Positions 48,001-61,489 of a stretch of 64,000 nucleotides of DNA are shown one piece after another. The stretch comes from Antedon mediterranea (Eukaryota > Animalia > Echinodermata), in NCBI RefSeq assembly GCF_964355755.1, contig NC_092675.1, positions 27,810,912-27,874,911 on the forward strand. Reading direction: 5' to 3'. The position numbers and the translations under genes are program-made. The notes beneath the pieces are model-generated. The model was not told the origin of the DNA. It did no database searches and was given only the letters and a program-made list of their open reading frames with translations. Every line of letters begins with the position of its first letter. The first letter of the stretch is position 1.

Positions 48001-50748
48001 ATTATCATATTGATTTAGTTATTTACTATACCATTACCAATTAGAAAAATTTGTAAACAGGATTTGCTACAGAAGTGACACCACATGATACTAGAGGTTA
48101 AATTGAGGCAATCCTGGTATTTTTACTTGGATACCAGGATGCTGTGATCATTCCTGAAAACCACAAGGAAATACTACTAGTGACAATGAACTTTGTAGTT
48201 TGGTTGTTTACAAAAACTCAGGGGACATACCCAATGCCAACCACATTCATATTAATTTACTCAATGGAAGTTTTACAACCTAGTGAACAGTTGTATTGTT
48301 CAGTACCAAACCCTGTGTATCATCTTTTCTATACTAAGTTAAAGTTAAGACTAGCACTTCTAGTAGTGGTTTACCTGGTTAAACGAACACCATCGAATTA
48401 CTAAACTCAGATGACATCTCTGTGACCTGATTATGACATAGAGATCGACTGTAATCAACTATCACAAATAATTGGTTTTTGGAAAAAAAAAATGGAAACT
48501 TTCTTAGGTTTTAGCTTAAGGGGCTCTTTGTGTACCAAATTTAATCAAAATTCATGGTGTGACGATGTAAACTTTTATTTTTTGTTGTTGATTTATTTAA
48601 GATGGAATAACCCAATAGAGTTAATAAAATATTGTCAGGGTTATAGTGTTCTGATCCAGAAACCCATAGCCAGGATTTTTACAAGTGGTTATAGCTAGCT
48701 AGGCTGTTAGTCTTATTTACAATTACTCTTCCTTCTTCCTTATCCCTTTATTCTAATATTGTGTGTCTTTTGATATACTACTTGGTTCAGAATACAAAAT
48801 AAATAGATTATTTACAGACTTGACCTCTGCAGGTTGTACTACAGTACGTTGGAGATATGAAGGCTACAGTATGCATACATGTATACTGCTTACATCTTAA
48901 TACAGTAGCTAACATGTTTATTTCAATGCAGCATGTTGGCAAATAATGTCATAGAATTAAATTGACCTGGTAGTAGAAACTTTTATATTACAAACCGTAC
49001 ATTTTTTGAACATTGAAGATTTTACGGTATGTCTGCAGGCAAGGTTGTAATATTATTATGAAAGGTACAGTACAGTAATGATAGTTGATGCGTTCATGCT
49101 AATTCATCCTCTAGCTGTAGTATCATTATTATGCATTGAATCAACCAATGGTTGCTCCTTTGACTAAGCAGCAATCAGAGGCTTATTCTTATCCTTGAGT
49201 GCAACCAGTGTAGTTTGCATCTCACTTGCTGGCTAGGTTATTAAAATTTACTATCATTTTATATTGAATGAGAAGGCCTGCCTAGGAACGTATTACCCCA
49301 TGCTGATGTGCACAAACAGCTTGTAAACTAACCTACTGTACTGATGTATAGTGGTATTGTACCTGTAGGTCATTGTTGTGTTTTTGACATTGTTGTCTAA
49401 AAAACATTCATTTTGACTTTGGAGTATGCAATGTATGTAGCCATTCACCAAGATTATCTGTTTGTGGACATGAACATATTTTGATTTGAGCGGTTTGACA
49501 TTTGTATCTGTTTGGAAATACGTCGAAACAAACATTGTGATGTAGATCGTTAAATGTATGAAATTAATCTCCACTTTTTACAATCTGTATTTAAACTCTT
49601 ACTACTTATTATATTCCGTTCAGCTGAATTTGGCAACTAACTACTAGAGTACTAGTAGCCATACAGGTAATATTTCATCCAATTTTTGTGTATTAATTGT
49701 TGAAAACAGTGGATTTGTGATTTAAAATAATCAATTTATCAATATGTTTTCATGGTCCATTGTTATTTATAACAGTATTATTTTTTTAATCCATTACTAA
49801 TACTGTATATGAATGATTATTATTTTTCAGTATCAACACATTTTAGTTGAGATATTGCATGAGTAAATGCCATTTCTTGTTTCAGTTTCAGTATTTAGGC
49901 ATAATTTGTATAATATTTAAAAGAATGACTTGATATTTTGTGGTGCTAATTTGTTGTTCAAATAATGCACGAGATAATTTTGTTTTTTGCTCAGCTACCA
50001 AATCAATTTTATTAAAAAAAAAAATAGCTGTGTACATTTACTGTATCTGAGGTGTTTATTATATTTAGTGGTAATGGAAAAGGTATATTGTATCTAAACA
50101 TAGTTTTTTTTTTATTTGATGATACAAATACTTATGTGAAAAGAAAGAAGAATTTTGGCTAAAACAATGCATAGTAATTTAATGAAATAAAAATCAATTT
50201 ATTTTTCCAACCAATTTTCATTTTTGAATGCTAACATCTACAGTACTGTTAAACAACCAATAAAGTTTATTGCCCGCTGGGTGACCCACAACCCTTGAAT
50301 CAAACATCTGTCATTTAAAAAAAAAATTGAATTGACTCCATTACAAAAAATGCTTCTAACTTTCTATTAAATGTATCATTAAACAATTTACTGAAAATGC
50401 CAACCTGACTGCAGTTGGTTTTTATTAAGATATTAAATGAAAAACAGTTGTTGTTGTTTTGAAGGAAGTATTTAAAATGCAATAATAATAATATTAAATA
50501 AGTGTTTTTGTCAAACAGAAAATAATAATCAATGGAAATCAAAAGTACAGTAGATGTTTTTGCATAATGCAGAAAACATAAAGGATATGTAACAATTATT
50601 ACTTTACTACTAAATAAATGGGTATTTCTGTCATCATTGTCTGTCTGAATTTCTGTTTAAATAACCTTATTAAAAGGGCTATTCTTATTTTATGATATTT
50701 CCCTATCCATTATATCTATGCTATTTATAATATTCATTCTTTTTATAG

Positions 50749-50876
50749 GACTTGCAGTATGTCTACAAATTTCTACATACGCTAGAAGCATTGCAGACAC
50801 TGCGGGAACCAGCACTGCGATCTCTCTGTCGTACTGTGCACTATGATAAGCGAGAACCAAATGAGCTGTTGTATCG
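50749..50876 (+). CDS. RAPGEF2: RAPGEF2 exon DLQYVYKFLHTLEALQTLREPALRSLCRTVHYDKREPNELLY(R), N-terminal cNMP-binding-like domain
   Basis: Acceptor ttttatag|GAC; donor CG|GTAAGT; similar to recalled DLEIVYSYLHGMEALSNLREHQLR. Confidence 0.9.
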
Positions 50877-51666
50877 GTAAGTGCAAGTTACGAAGTTTGT
50901 TTACAGTTTAATATGGTGGGCTGGGTTGGTTACCTTTTTAACCCTGTCAAATGTCTTATTATAAGAGCCTTTTTTTTTGGCTGCTATTTTGTAGTTTTCT
51001 AGGAAATTCAATGGTTTCTTGTCATCACAGTCTTTAAGGTAAATTTTAGGTTTAAGGAAAATTAAGTCATAGTTTGACTGAAAACTCTGTAAATTCAGAG
51101 TCTTCTACTGACCCACGGCAGTCACAGTTTAGCGCCTTCCATGGTCAACACACCACAAGATGATTCCTTCTCTTTTAAATAGTCTACCAAGTTCTTCATT
51201 ATGCATACCAGTATACAATTAACAGTATGTACACATGACCAAGAGTATTAAATCCCATCCGAAGGAGTGAAATACATATTGCAATATGGCAGGTCTCAAA
51301 CTAATGTCTTCCAAAACAATAAACAAAAATGTTTATTTTTATTTACTCACCTTAGAAAGTTAAAGTTAAATATTTCAACAATGTCATGCCAAGAAGGTAT
51401 ATATCTTGAACAATAGAAAAATACCTTTATTATATAATTTAATAGTACAGTACAGTAGTGGGGAAAAATTAAATTTCAAATTTATTTCCATATTTTTTAA
51501 CAAACCAAAGTCTATGTGATGGAAAATGTTTGTTAATGGTATATTGTAGAGTTAATTAAACTATTATAATTGTAGTCACATGTCATCCATCAAACATGCA
51601 TTTGTTTGATCATAATTTATTGCTTAAATTAGATGCCGTACAATGTTATGTATATTTTTAGTATAT

Positions 51667-51984
51667 AGGCCTGTTTCTGCTGCGAGCAAATAACCTATTA
51701 ATATCCATTGGAATATTAAATTACCCCAATTTCCTTTAGAAACGGGACAAAAATTAGAAATTACCAGTTTAACTCTAACGGGGCATTCTCAGAATAATGG
51801 TTAAAAACACGAAAAAATTGAGTGTTTGAAACTGGTTATCGCTGTGCTTTTTGCTGTAAAAATGCAGGTATTTGATGGACCGTTATTGCGATTTTTACAT
51901 TTTATAGTCGATGACCAGATTTTCGGAAGTACAGACTTATCAGAAATACACAGTGTTTTGAAATTAAGCAGCAGAAACAGGCCT
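51667..51984. mobile_element. MITE related to family 2
   Basis: Perfect 17-bp TIR AGGCCTGTTTCTGCTGC / GCAGCAGAAACAGGCCT; a degenerate relative begins near 54383. Confidence 0.75.
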
Positions 51985-52205
51985 TTTTTTTAAACACAAT
52001 TTAATTTTAAATATGTAAAGTATTATCTTTATTTTAAGATAGTATATAAAAGTAGAAAAAAAATATGAAAAACACATCTTGGAAAAATTAAATCCTTTCT
52101 TTCAATAAAACAACAATATGATATTTGAATTAGAAAATGTTTTGCAAATTAGTTAGTACAGTATTATCAGTTTTCATTAATCTGGTATTGGTTATAGGTA
52201 GGCAG

Positions 52206-52305
52206 TGTTTTATATAAATAATTGGATTTAGCTGATAACAATTGCAAACAAATTGTTTTATATAAATAATTGGATTTAGCTGATAACAATTGCAAACAAA
52301 TTGTT
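52206..52305. repeat. 48-bp tandem duplication
   Basis: TGTTTTATATAAATAATTGGATTTAGCTGATAACAATTGCAAACAAAT occurs twice. Confidence 0.9.
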
Positions 52306-52972
52306 ATATTAAATAAGAAAAATTGCTTGCTGGTTTTTAATACATGAAAACAAATACACAAACAATTCTTTTACAGTATTTACCGTAATATGATCCAACT
52401 CATATTTTGTTTATATTATGTAAATAAGTCTATTGTACAACATGCATACAGTACATTGGATGATGTTTCTCCTTGGGGCTTTAGTCTATGATTTATTGAA
52501 AGGGTATCAGAAGGCTCCCCTTCAAATGTCATCACTATCTTTCCTTGTGTAACTAAATAGTCCCCATGCTTTCTACACCATATGTTGTTTTAAGTCAAAT
52601 CTATGTCAAGTAAAACACTCTTTGTTTTGAAATATAAAGTATTTTAATACAAGCAGTACTTTGTCTTAAAACTGTGCTGACATCATTTTTTTAAAACCAT
52701 AATGATTTATAAGTATTTTATATTCTTAGTTTTAGGTAATAAAAAGTAATTAATCTATGATCAACAATTTTTGATTTTGAAAACACACCCATACCATGAC
52801 TGTTAAATCTCATCTCTCATCATATGTTTTTTTCCCACAAACTTGTATTCACACTACTGTACAGTATGCAAACTTGTTACTTTTTAGATGTAAAGTAGTA
52901 AAAAAAGGGTATAATTTGATATTTTATTCTATTATTAAATACAAATATTATATTATGTATTTTATTTTACAG

Positions 52973-53056
52973 GCATGATGATTTAAGTCATTGTTGGTAC
53001 ATCCTACTGTCCGGCTCTGTTTTTATTGACAGTGCTATGTTCTTGGCCCGAAGCAG
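52973..53056 (+). CDS. RAPGEF2: RAPGEF2 exon HDDLSHCWYILLSGSVFIDSAMFLARS
   Basis: CWYILLSGSVFI is characteristic of RAPGEF2/6; ttttacag acceptor, AG|GTAAGT donor, phases 2-2. Confidence 0.95.
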
Positions 53057-53311
53057 GTAAGTTCATACTTTGAAGGAGTTGCACTACACAATCATGTTGA
53101 TGGACATTAATATCTTTATGTTATGATAATGACCAGTAACGTGATAGTAATCAGTAATATTGCATGACAACAATGGAGAGGATTGATGATTAGAAAGTAC
53201 CATTGCACAAACGAATGCATGCAAAACAACATACTACAGTTTATCATTAGTAAAATAGAATCATTTTGAGTGTTTGATATTGATAATAATTTGGAACATT
53301 TTTCTTTGCAG

Positions 53312-53387
53312 TTTTGGAAAACGTACTTCGGGTTCTGGACGAAGAGGCTCTGAATGTTTAATATTAGAGACTTCCGAGTTATTAGTA
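53312..53387 (+). CDS. RAPGEF2: RAPGEF2 exon (S)FGKRTSGSGRRGSECLILETSELLV
   Basis: Matches recalled SFGKRSAGSLRRGCECIVLEPSEMIV; canonical splice sites; phases 2-0. Confidence 0.95.
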
Positions 53388-53527
53388 GTAAGTTTTTGTT
53401 CAGCCACATTTTAAATTCTAAATAATATGACAGTTGATACAATACATGTTATATAGACTTCTGAGTTAATATTATAAGTTTATTAAACCTACAGTGTACA
53501 GGAATAGACTAGGAAATAAACCTATGT

Positions 53528-53672
53528 TTTCGTTTCGTTGTCCCATGACCTAGGTGGTCGTAGGGGCGAGATACAGTACTCATCATGATAGGACTCTCAG
53601 GCATCCGCCATACCTCCCAGCGGTGCCTATCCTCTCTGGGCTGGCGGGGGTTTCTGCTGGATGGCCGTCGTT
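53528..53672 (-). mobile_element. Possible RTE-like LINE 3' end fragment
   Basis: GC-rich island in an AT-rich intron; minus strand reads EDRHRW and ends in an ACGAAACGAAA tail. Confidence 0.3.
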
Positions 53673-54699
53673 TTACCTATGTACAGTACTGTTTACATTA
53701 TGAAAATGTTACCTTTGCACTCTAACAAAACCTTGTTTTGTCCCTCATTTCTAAAACCTATTAATATGAAAGAAATAAAGATATACACAGCTATTAATAG
53801 TAATTACTAACCAGCAGAATTGTTTATTATACAAGTAGAAGGGTCAACTACTTTTACATCTTTATATTTTGCTAAATAAATGTATATTATTATACTGCTG
53901 TATCAAATACAGATATCGGCGACTTCATATTAACATTTCCCGATGTTTATTTAATTCATACATTAGTTTTACCTCATTAAATCACAGAGATTCATTACTT
54001 ATCTCAAAAACATAATTTGATATAATTTTCAATTTCATGTGAAAGCGTTGTTCTCATTACGGTTTCATCTACAATGCCATCACTCTTCACTGGCCATTTG
54101 ATAAAAAATATGTATTGGGGTAATTGCTGGTTAACTAATAGCCTAAGGATTCTGGTAAAAGCCCTCTGGGAATATTTTATCAGCTATTATACTGGACATC
54201 TTATCTTGCCAATAGGATGCTCTATCTTTTAATAAATTTTAAATAGTGTTTGGTCAGAGTACCCATTAACATTGATCCTGTAGCAATGACCCATTGAAAT
54301 AGCAAGGCCTAATTTGCAAAGATAATGAAAATATGATTTGCCTTGCTACCCATCATGGTCACTTATAAGTACTATGCATATATGTTTCTGCTGCAAGCAA
54401 ATAAATGATTAATAATTGTATAAATACTGCAGATTCTTGTAAATAGGACACATTTTATTACTTCTTAATTAAAAAATTGATTGGGTGTTAGAACACCATT
54501 TAACCAGTTATTTCTCTGTCATTTTTGCCTGCAATGCAAAATATGATTATTTAATTGCCATTTAAACTAACATTTTTTGTCAACGATTTTTAAACACAAT
54601 AAAACGGTAATTAATATACGAAATGATAACAATTTATTACCTAATTTATTTCCACATATCCTGCATTATTTTATAACAGAGATACCCCCTACACTATAA

Positions 54700-54859
54700 A
54701 GCTGTATCTACACTATCAAACTTTATGTGACAAACAAATGTGATGTGCCCATCCATGGACATGATGATGTCATATCACTACCATATTTGGGCATATCACT
54801 ACCATATTTGGACACATTACACTTTTTTGTCAAACTAGTTTGATAGTGTAGACAGAGCT
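54700..54859 (+). mobile_element. MITE family 1, copy 4
   Basis: Both TIRs present; internal duplication of CATATCACTACCATATTTGG. Confidence 0.85.
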
Positions 54860-55669
54860 AACAACAGTGTATGTTAATGAGAGAATATAGTTTGAATTAG
54901 TAAACAGTACAAGAAAATATTCAGCTAGCAAGCAGTAGTGTAATTAGGAGAGTTTCTCTGTTTGTCGAAATTGTGTAACTAAGTTGTATGGATTTACTGT
55001 TATTATATGACACAACTTACAGTTACAAATTCAGGGTTTATGTAGTCTTTGGAGATTTGATTGGTTAATGACAAACATTAATGTTGGAATTAAGTGAATT
55101 TATTGCCATGAATATTCAATGGTGTTTATCCAAAATAGTTATAACCTCCTAGACTGTGGTAATAATGTTAACTGTTGTTATACATTAACATTATCACAGT
55201 AACTTAATGTTAAGATGTACATAGGAGTCAACAAATGTAAAATTTGAAGAGTGAATGCTGTTTGCAGAGTGCTGCATACTGTGAAAAACTAGATAATGAT
55301 TATTTATCATTTTTTAGGATAAGATTTTGTGAAATTGTTTTATTTTTTAATGTTACTAGAATCAAATCAGTCTCAGACCAGACTCATGTTAATGTTATTA
55401 TATGAATATAATTACATGGCCATGTGTGGTTGAATGTGACGTCCATGTGGTTATTCTTTCACATTCAATTTACGTGAAATAGATTAGTGGACAAAGCTCT
55501 GTTTTACATTATACATGCTGTTTTATAAAATAAACACACCTAAACAGTCTAGTGTAATAACGGCCTATTCGTAACTGTTATAAAGTTTTCAACTGAAACT
55601 TCAGGTCATCAAATTAGGTTTTTACTTATAATTTAACCTTTAACCTTTGTAATTTATTCTAATATACAG

Positions 55670-55834
55670 ATAGAATACCCTGATGCACAGCTTTTACATC
55701 CAGGTCAACGTCAATCTTGTACGACAATGAATTTAGAGAAGCTACTTGCCTTAGAACAAGATGAAGTCAAAGTAGCACCAAATAGGTCAAACAATAGTCA
55801 CGTTGAAAGGCAATACCCACACAGTGACAGTGAG
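55670..55834 (+). CDS. RAPGEF2: RAPGEF2 exon IEYPDAQLLHPGQRQSCTTMNLEKLLALEQDEVKVAPNRSNNSHVERQYPHSDSE
   Basis: Acceptor atacag|ATA; 165 nt open, phase 0-0; donor GAG|GTAAGC; IEY continues the V(D/E)Y of the orthologues. Confidence 0.8.
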
Positions 55835-56236
55835 GTAAGCATAGCTATATAGTGTGGTCATTATTTTAGCCTTCTAGTACTCTTGAGTTGCCTGGTCAAG
55901 CACCCGCTCTATTGTTAATGACTAAAAAATTTTCAGAATATAATATAATGTCTGGGAAATCATTGCAGAGCAAACATTAGTCGCGTCAAGAGGCAATACC
56001 TACAAATAACATAGACATAGTATGGTCATCCATCCCAGGTTGTATACTATACTACACTTCTAGTTATCTTGCGTAAAGCAGCCACTTATCCTCGGGTACA
56101 TCCCTGATTAAAGATTGTTCTTGAGAAATCTTTAGATACTGAACTGAAGTGATGTTAATGTACAGTATCAAAGAAATTATTAAAGAGAGTTCACGTACAA
56201 TTAACCTGAATTATTTGTTGGAAAAACGTTGATTAT

Positions 56237-56460
56237 ATTCATTCATTCATTCATTCATTCTTTATTTAGCCTTTAAAATCGAAATACATTTAAAACAAGG
56301 TAACAAAAACAAGACAGGTGGAAATCTAAGGAGGCAAGGAAAAGCAAAAGGAATTAAAATCGCTGTAGCTCGCAGGCTTGCTTATCCATCCTTAGACATC
56401 CAGTACATAAAGATAGATAAAATACACATTAACGATCCTAATATAAATAAATTCTAATTA
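56237..56460 (-). mobile_element. 5'-truncated CR1/L2-group LINE 3' end
   Basis: Minus strand has AATAAA followed by a (GAAT)n tail, with an upstream CTAAGGA...TCCTTAG stem; same architecture as the 27.3-27.4 kb LINE end. Confidence 0.5.
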
Positions 56461-58057
56461 AGTGAAAGTATAGCCTATTACTACAGTAGCAAATTATTCT
56501 TAATTTAGTCAAATTTCAGTACCCAAGGAATTTAATATATAAAACTTACATAAAACACCTTGTATAACTTACAATGAAATTTGTATCTATTTCTTGTCAT
56601 TTCAATAACTAGAAAAGTGTATTTTGTGAATGTCAAAAAGTTAACGAGAAACACCCCCTCCCAAAAAAAAAAATCCCCAGAGGTTTCTTTTGTGGATGCT
56701 ATGTTGAAATTAAGCTGTGTGAAAAGCCTTAAAATAACATATGTAGGTTTAGTAAAACACTTCAAAGGTTGTGGGTGTCCCCCCGCCCACCTCCGCCCAG
56801 CACATGGCATTACTGTATATTATATTAATATATTGGAGAATTGACTGTTGTGTGATTACTATCTGTTAACATACAACATATTTTAATTATTGAGACAGTC
56901 AAAAAAACAGTAATATCCTATCAGCAGCTAATTGAAATTGCATTGTGCATGTACAAATATATCCAAGTGTACACAGTTTTTATGGTGTATTTGCTTAAAA
57001 TATAAATTATTATTCAAATGTGTTTTTGCACACATAAACAATACTCGTTATTTGTAAACAAACTATTGCAAGTTTTCCCTAAAAAATCTATAAAGGTAAA
57101 TAATGAATAATTTCTATGCATCTGTGAGCTTTATAAATATTAGCTTATTTAATTTCAAGGCTCATTTCCCACTCAAAGATCTCAAAGCGAATGTTGATAT
57201 CTCTTGTGGGGACAATGGCATTTTCTTTATGGAATTGTGAAGCCGTGCAATAGTTAACAGGGGATTATGTAGCCACTACGGTACGCGTTGACGTCATTCT
57301 TGATGATGTTTCATAGATGTTATTACCGTACAAGTTGCTCTGAAGATTCCAAATTTAGATTCAAATATATCAGTTTAATGTATAGTAGTTTGTCCACATG
57401 GATTGGGGTAATTAAAGTGAGAAATGAGAAAGACTATTCATTAAAAATAACTGAACCCTAGTACTGTATAGTAGGATATGAATAAATAAATAAACTGTGT
57501 AGTTAATAGCCTGAATCAAACTTTGAAAAGTATTCAACCTTCATCTGGAAAATAAACAATAATAATTCTGTATGTCAAAATAACAACAATATTAACAATC
57601 ATTTCAATTGAATAATATTACATTATTCATAGAAATATTCAATTGTTTTGATGCTTTAATTAAAACAAAATTGTTTTATAAAATATTTTTGTTTAAATTA
57701 AAATGATTTAGAAATATCATATATGAGGATAATCCCAAGCCCCAAGTACAGACTTGGGTAATTTCCGTCAATAATTTTCTCAATGTTATACCCATGGCAC
57801 CTGGGATAATACTCATGTTTAACTATATAGAACCCAACTCATCTATAAAAGCTTGATGCCTGGCTGTATTTAATTAACTTTTCTTGAGGCATGAATATAT
57901 AAGCTTATTATTAATGGTTTTTTTCTTGTACTGTAATCTAAACATTGGGTATGTTTCTTCAATTTATACATTTTTTATAGCTTCTTTTAATATTCTATTG
58001 ATTGATATTGTGAGTTTTTTTCATCTTTTGCATTTGATGGTTTGTTTGTTTCCACAG

Positions 58058-58111
58058 TCACTACCTTCAATAAGACTGGAGAGGGCAGGCTCCTCAGCCA
58101 GTGATAGTAGG
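58058..58111 (+). CDS. RAPGEF2: RAPGEF2 candidate 54-nt symmetric exon SLPSIRLERAGSSASDSR
   Basis: Strong acceptor tttgtttgtttccacag; donor AGG|GTATGA; phase 0-0; GC-rich relative to its flanks. Confidence 0.65.
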
Positions 58112-60210
58112 GTATGATAAAACCTGGTTGTATTATTTAAAGATGTATTTCTCGTTTGCATTTGAGTTTTTCTTCCTTTCTTTCACTGTTATTATAAAGT
58201 CTATGTCTAAAGTTATCACATTTTATTTGAGAGTACCGTCAATTTTAATTCTTTGGCCTTTGAGATGATTTTAGAGAAACATCTAGTGAGACAAGACCCC
58301 ATATCAACAAAATGTGATAATTTTGCCATTACTTTTTGGTGAATTTTTGATGTTGTTTTTGTCATTTTCATTGTGCATGTTTGAACAGTCAATTCATAGT
58401 TTGTCTTGTGTTTTTAGTGGGGTTTTGTTTTTGTGTTTTCTTTGTTTAGAAATAGAAACACCCTTATTAATGAGACACTAGGGGCAGTGTTTTACTACAC
58501 TACAGCCAAGCCCTAATGAGGACACCCTTAAGCAAGGGTGTTATTAATTATGGGAGTGGGTTTTATATTTTTTGTAAACTTCAAATAACTGCATAATAAG
58601 ATTATACTGTGTCGCAGAATGTTATTTCTTGCATGGAGAATTTATTTTTAAAGTTTTTCTTGATCTTCATTGAAATTTATATTGAAAACTGAAACCATGG
58701 ACTTAATTAGAGGTCCATGCTGAAACTAATTAAAATCTTTATTATAATACTGATGGCCCTGTTTTATAAACTTTGTAACTATTCAAGCATACGATAAAGA
58801 TATGGTAAATAGTATGGTAATGCCATCATTTCTGCATGAGTGAAATGAATATACCAAGTGACTCATCTACAGTTCAATCTGAATAAACAAACGAGTCTAT
58901 AAAATTTCCATCTGGCCGATGATTACATAACAACACATAGTCAGCAAGAACCATCAGAGGTGTTAGATGCGGTAAGTATTAAGAATGCTGTTGGATAACT
59001 GAAAGCATATTATTAGATTTCGCAACATAGACAGGAACCAGCGTCTTCGAACTAAGGAATATATTGCTTATCAGTCTGTGATCATTTTAGCATTATGTAA
59101 ATGGAATTAAATACACGCTTTAAGGTATGATTTCGAAAATTGTTTAGAAGCAGAATATTTGTTGTAGGAGATACAGTATACTCTTTACCATAATTAACAG
59201 AAAATATATTCTTCTTAATACTTTAGTGTGCATACTCCTCATTCACACCAGGGAGGTATCCCTGTTCACTCTGGATGAAATTATACAATTTTACTTAGAT
59301 CATGGTAAACATTCCTTTGATTAAATCTCAGTCAAAAGTCAAAGTCAATTTCTGGAAGATTTTCTCAATCGGTAGTTTATGTTTTCTATATAAAAGTCAT
59401 TACGTCGTTATAATGATTTCTATTAATATTATGATTACCCAGTGATTAGTGTAATTCAGTTTAAATCAAAAGTAAAAGATGATCTTGGCTCTTAAGAGAA
59501 ATAAGATTAGAAACATTAATATCTATATTAATCATATTAAGCCTAATAATTATAGTCAAAAGTCTATTATTAATAAAACAAATCATTTAAACAAATCATA
59601 TTAAACCATATTTGTCAACTAATCCAGTTATATAATTAAGACAACTTAGATTACAAAAATTTTGGTCTGAACCTGTTAATAAGCTAACTACAAATATTAA
59701 TGATCTTTTTAATAGTATTATAGAATTAGTCTCTAGATAGATAGTCAAGTACCATACTATACTTGAGCTAATAATTCAAATCTGGTTTTGGAGAGGAAAA
59801 AACCATCAATATGTTGTAAAAATAAACACGACAGGAAGTTTAAGGAAGAAATGTGTGTAGGTGTGTGCTAAATAAAAAATGATTGTTGTTTTGTTACGTA
59901 AACCACAGTATTTTTCAGTTTTTAAAAATCAATCATGACGTCATTTGATTGGACGTGTGAAAATATCATTTTCATCAAAGGAAGCTTTTTAGTTTTATAG
60001 ATTTTTACATGACAACATTTAAAATGTTTTTTGTTTCAAATTGAAAAAATATTATTAACAGTTTAAAAAGTTTAATTTAAATTTGATCAACTTTCTGAAT
60101 TGGTCAGAGCAGGAAGTATACTTTTCTTTTGAAATCCAGACTTTTATGAAGTCAATTATCGTTGTCACAGCATTGCTTGTTTTCCATTAAGAGCAAATTT
60201 GAGAGCTTAA

Positions 60211-60368
60211 ACCTTGTCTACACTATCAAACTTAATATGACAAAAAATGTGATGTGCCTATATGGACATGATGATGTCATATCACTACCATATTTGGGAA
60301 TATCACTACCATATTTTGAGCACATCACACTTTTTTTGTCAAACTAATTTGATAGTGTAGACAGTGCT
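60211..60368 (+). mobile_element. MITE family 1, copy 5
   Basis: Both TIRs present; TAA on both flanks. Confidence 0.85.
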
Positions 60369-61183
60369 TAAGAAAGTATTTGTTGGTGCTGATTAGGTTA
60401 TTTTACCAATTCCGTTGATTTTACTAAAAATTCTTTCCAAATTCAAATAATAACAATAAGAGATATCCCCAGTGAAGTGTGAATAAAAGTTCTATGGATT
60501 ATAATACACTAGTTTCGTTATGAATAATAAGCCCATATTTGGTGGTAATGCATGCAACTTATTTTTGTTTACCTATGAACTTTACTATTAAAACCTTTTG
60601 TTGAAGTGCAAGAATGCGATTCAGGGTGTACTTCTCTCTCTATTCTCTTTTCATTTGAATTAATTCAACTTTTGTAATGTGCATGTCAAAAGTTAATGGT
60701 GGTATATAGAATTGTCAAAATGTTTCATTATTGGGATACTGTACTGTATAATATGTTCTTCAATGAGTGTTATACCAAATAATATGTAAGTAATCTATAA
60801 ATTAATAAATTAATAATATAATATATTTATTCATATGAGGAAAAATTGCTGTTTGATTATACGCATTATTTTTCGACCCATAAAAAGTGGAAAAAACAAA
60901 TTAAAAATTGATATGGTCATAGCGACCGCTCCCAACATAATGCATGTAATTAAAGGAAGTGTCTCAAAAGTGAATTAAGCTTATCTGCCCAGTAGTGTAT
61001 GTTAACAAACAGTTGTATCTTGTACATTGTCACTTATCATCGTGTTGTCTTTTCAGTGGTGGTTATTATGGATTTATTTTTGTGATTATTTATTATTTTT
61101 TGTCGGATTTTAATATTTGTGATGGTTCGGTTATTCGTTTCTTTTAATAATGTTTGTATTTTATGTACTTTTTGTAAGTCTAC

Positions 61184-61323
61184 CAGTCGACTCTCTCAAT
61201 ATCGGGACACCATTGGGCTGGTCTAATACCTGGTTTTCAAATTTTTGGTATTTCCATTTTTATTCTCTGTTTTGAAGGGCGAGTTTCTGGTTTTAAAGAG
61301 TCCAATATTGAGAGAGTTGATTG
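61184..61323. mobile_element. pogo/Tigger-like MITE
   Basis: TIR CAGTCGACTCTCTCAATAT...GAC / GTCCAATATTGAGAGAGTTGATTG, followed by TA; a similar small element lies at about 62986-63073. Confidence 0.6.
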
Positions 61324-61489
61324 TATTACTTTCTTGTTTTACAAACTACTTTAATGTTTAATTTTTTTCTTTAGAAATTGACATTTCAAATATAGATCTT
61401 CTTGTATTTGCTTACAGCTGTTAAACAAATTTAACATAAAAGCATTTTTATCGATTTCTTAACTCTGTATTACATTTTGTTCTTTGCAG

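Noticed and set aside
49624-49666. Small AG...GT-bounded block
   Set aside because: In-frame stop, length not a multiple of 3, no homology
28000-50700. Numerous 60-90-aa ORFs in the large intron
   Set aside because: Composition typical of random AT-rich frames or transposon repeats; no motifs or consistent splice phases
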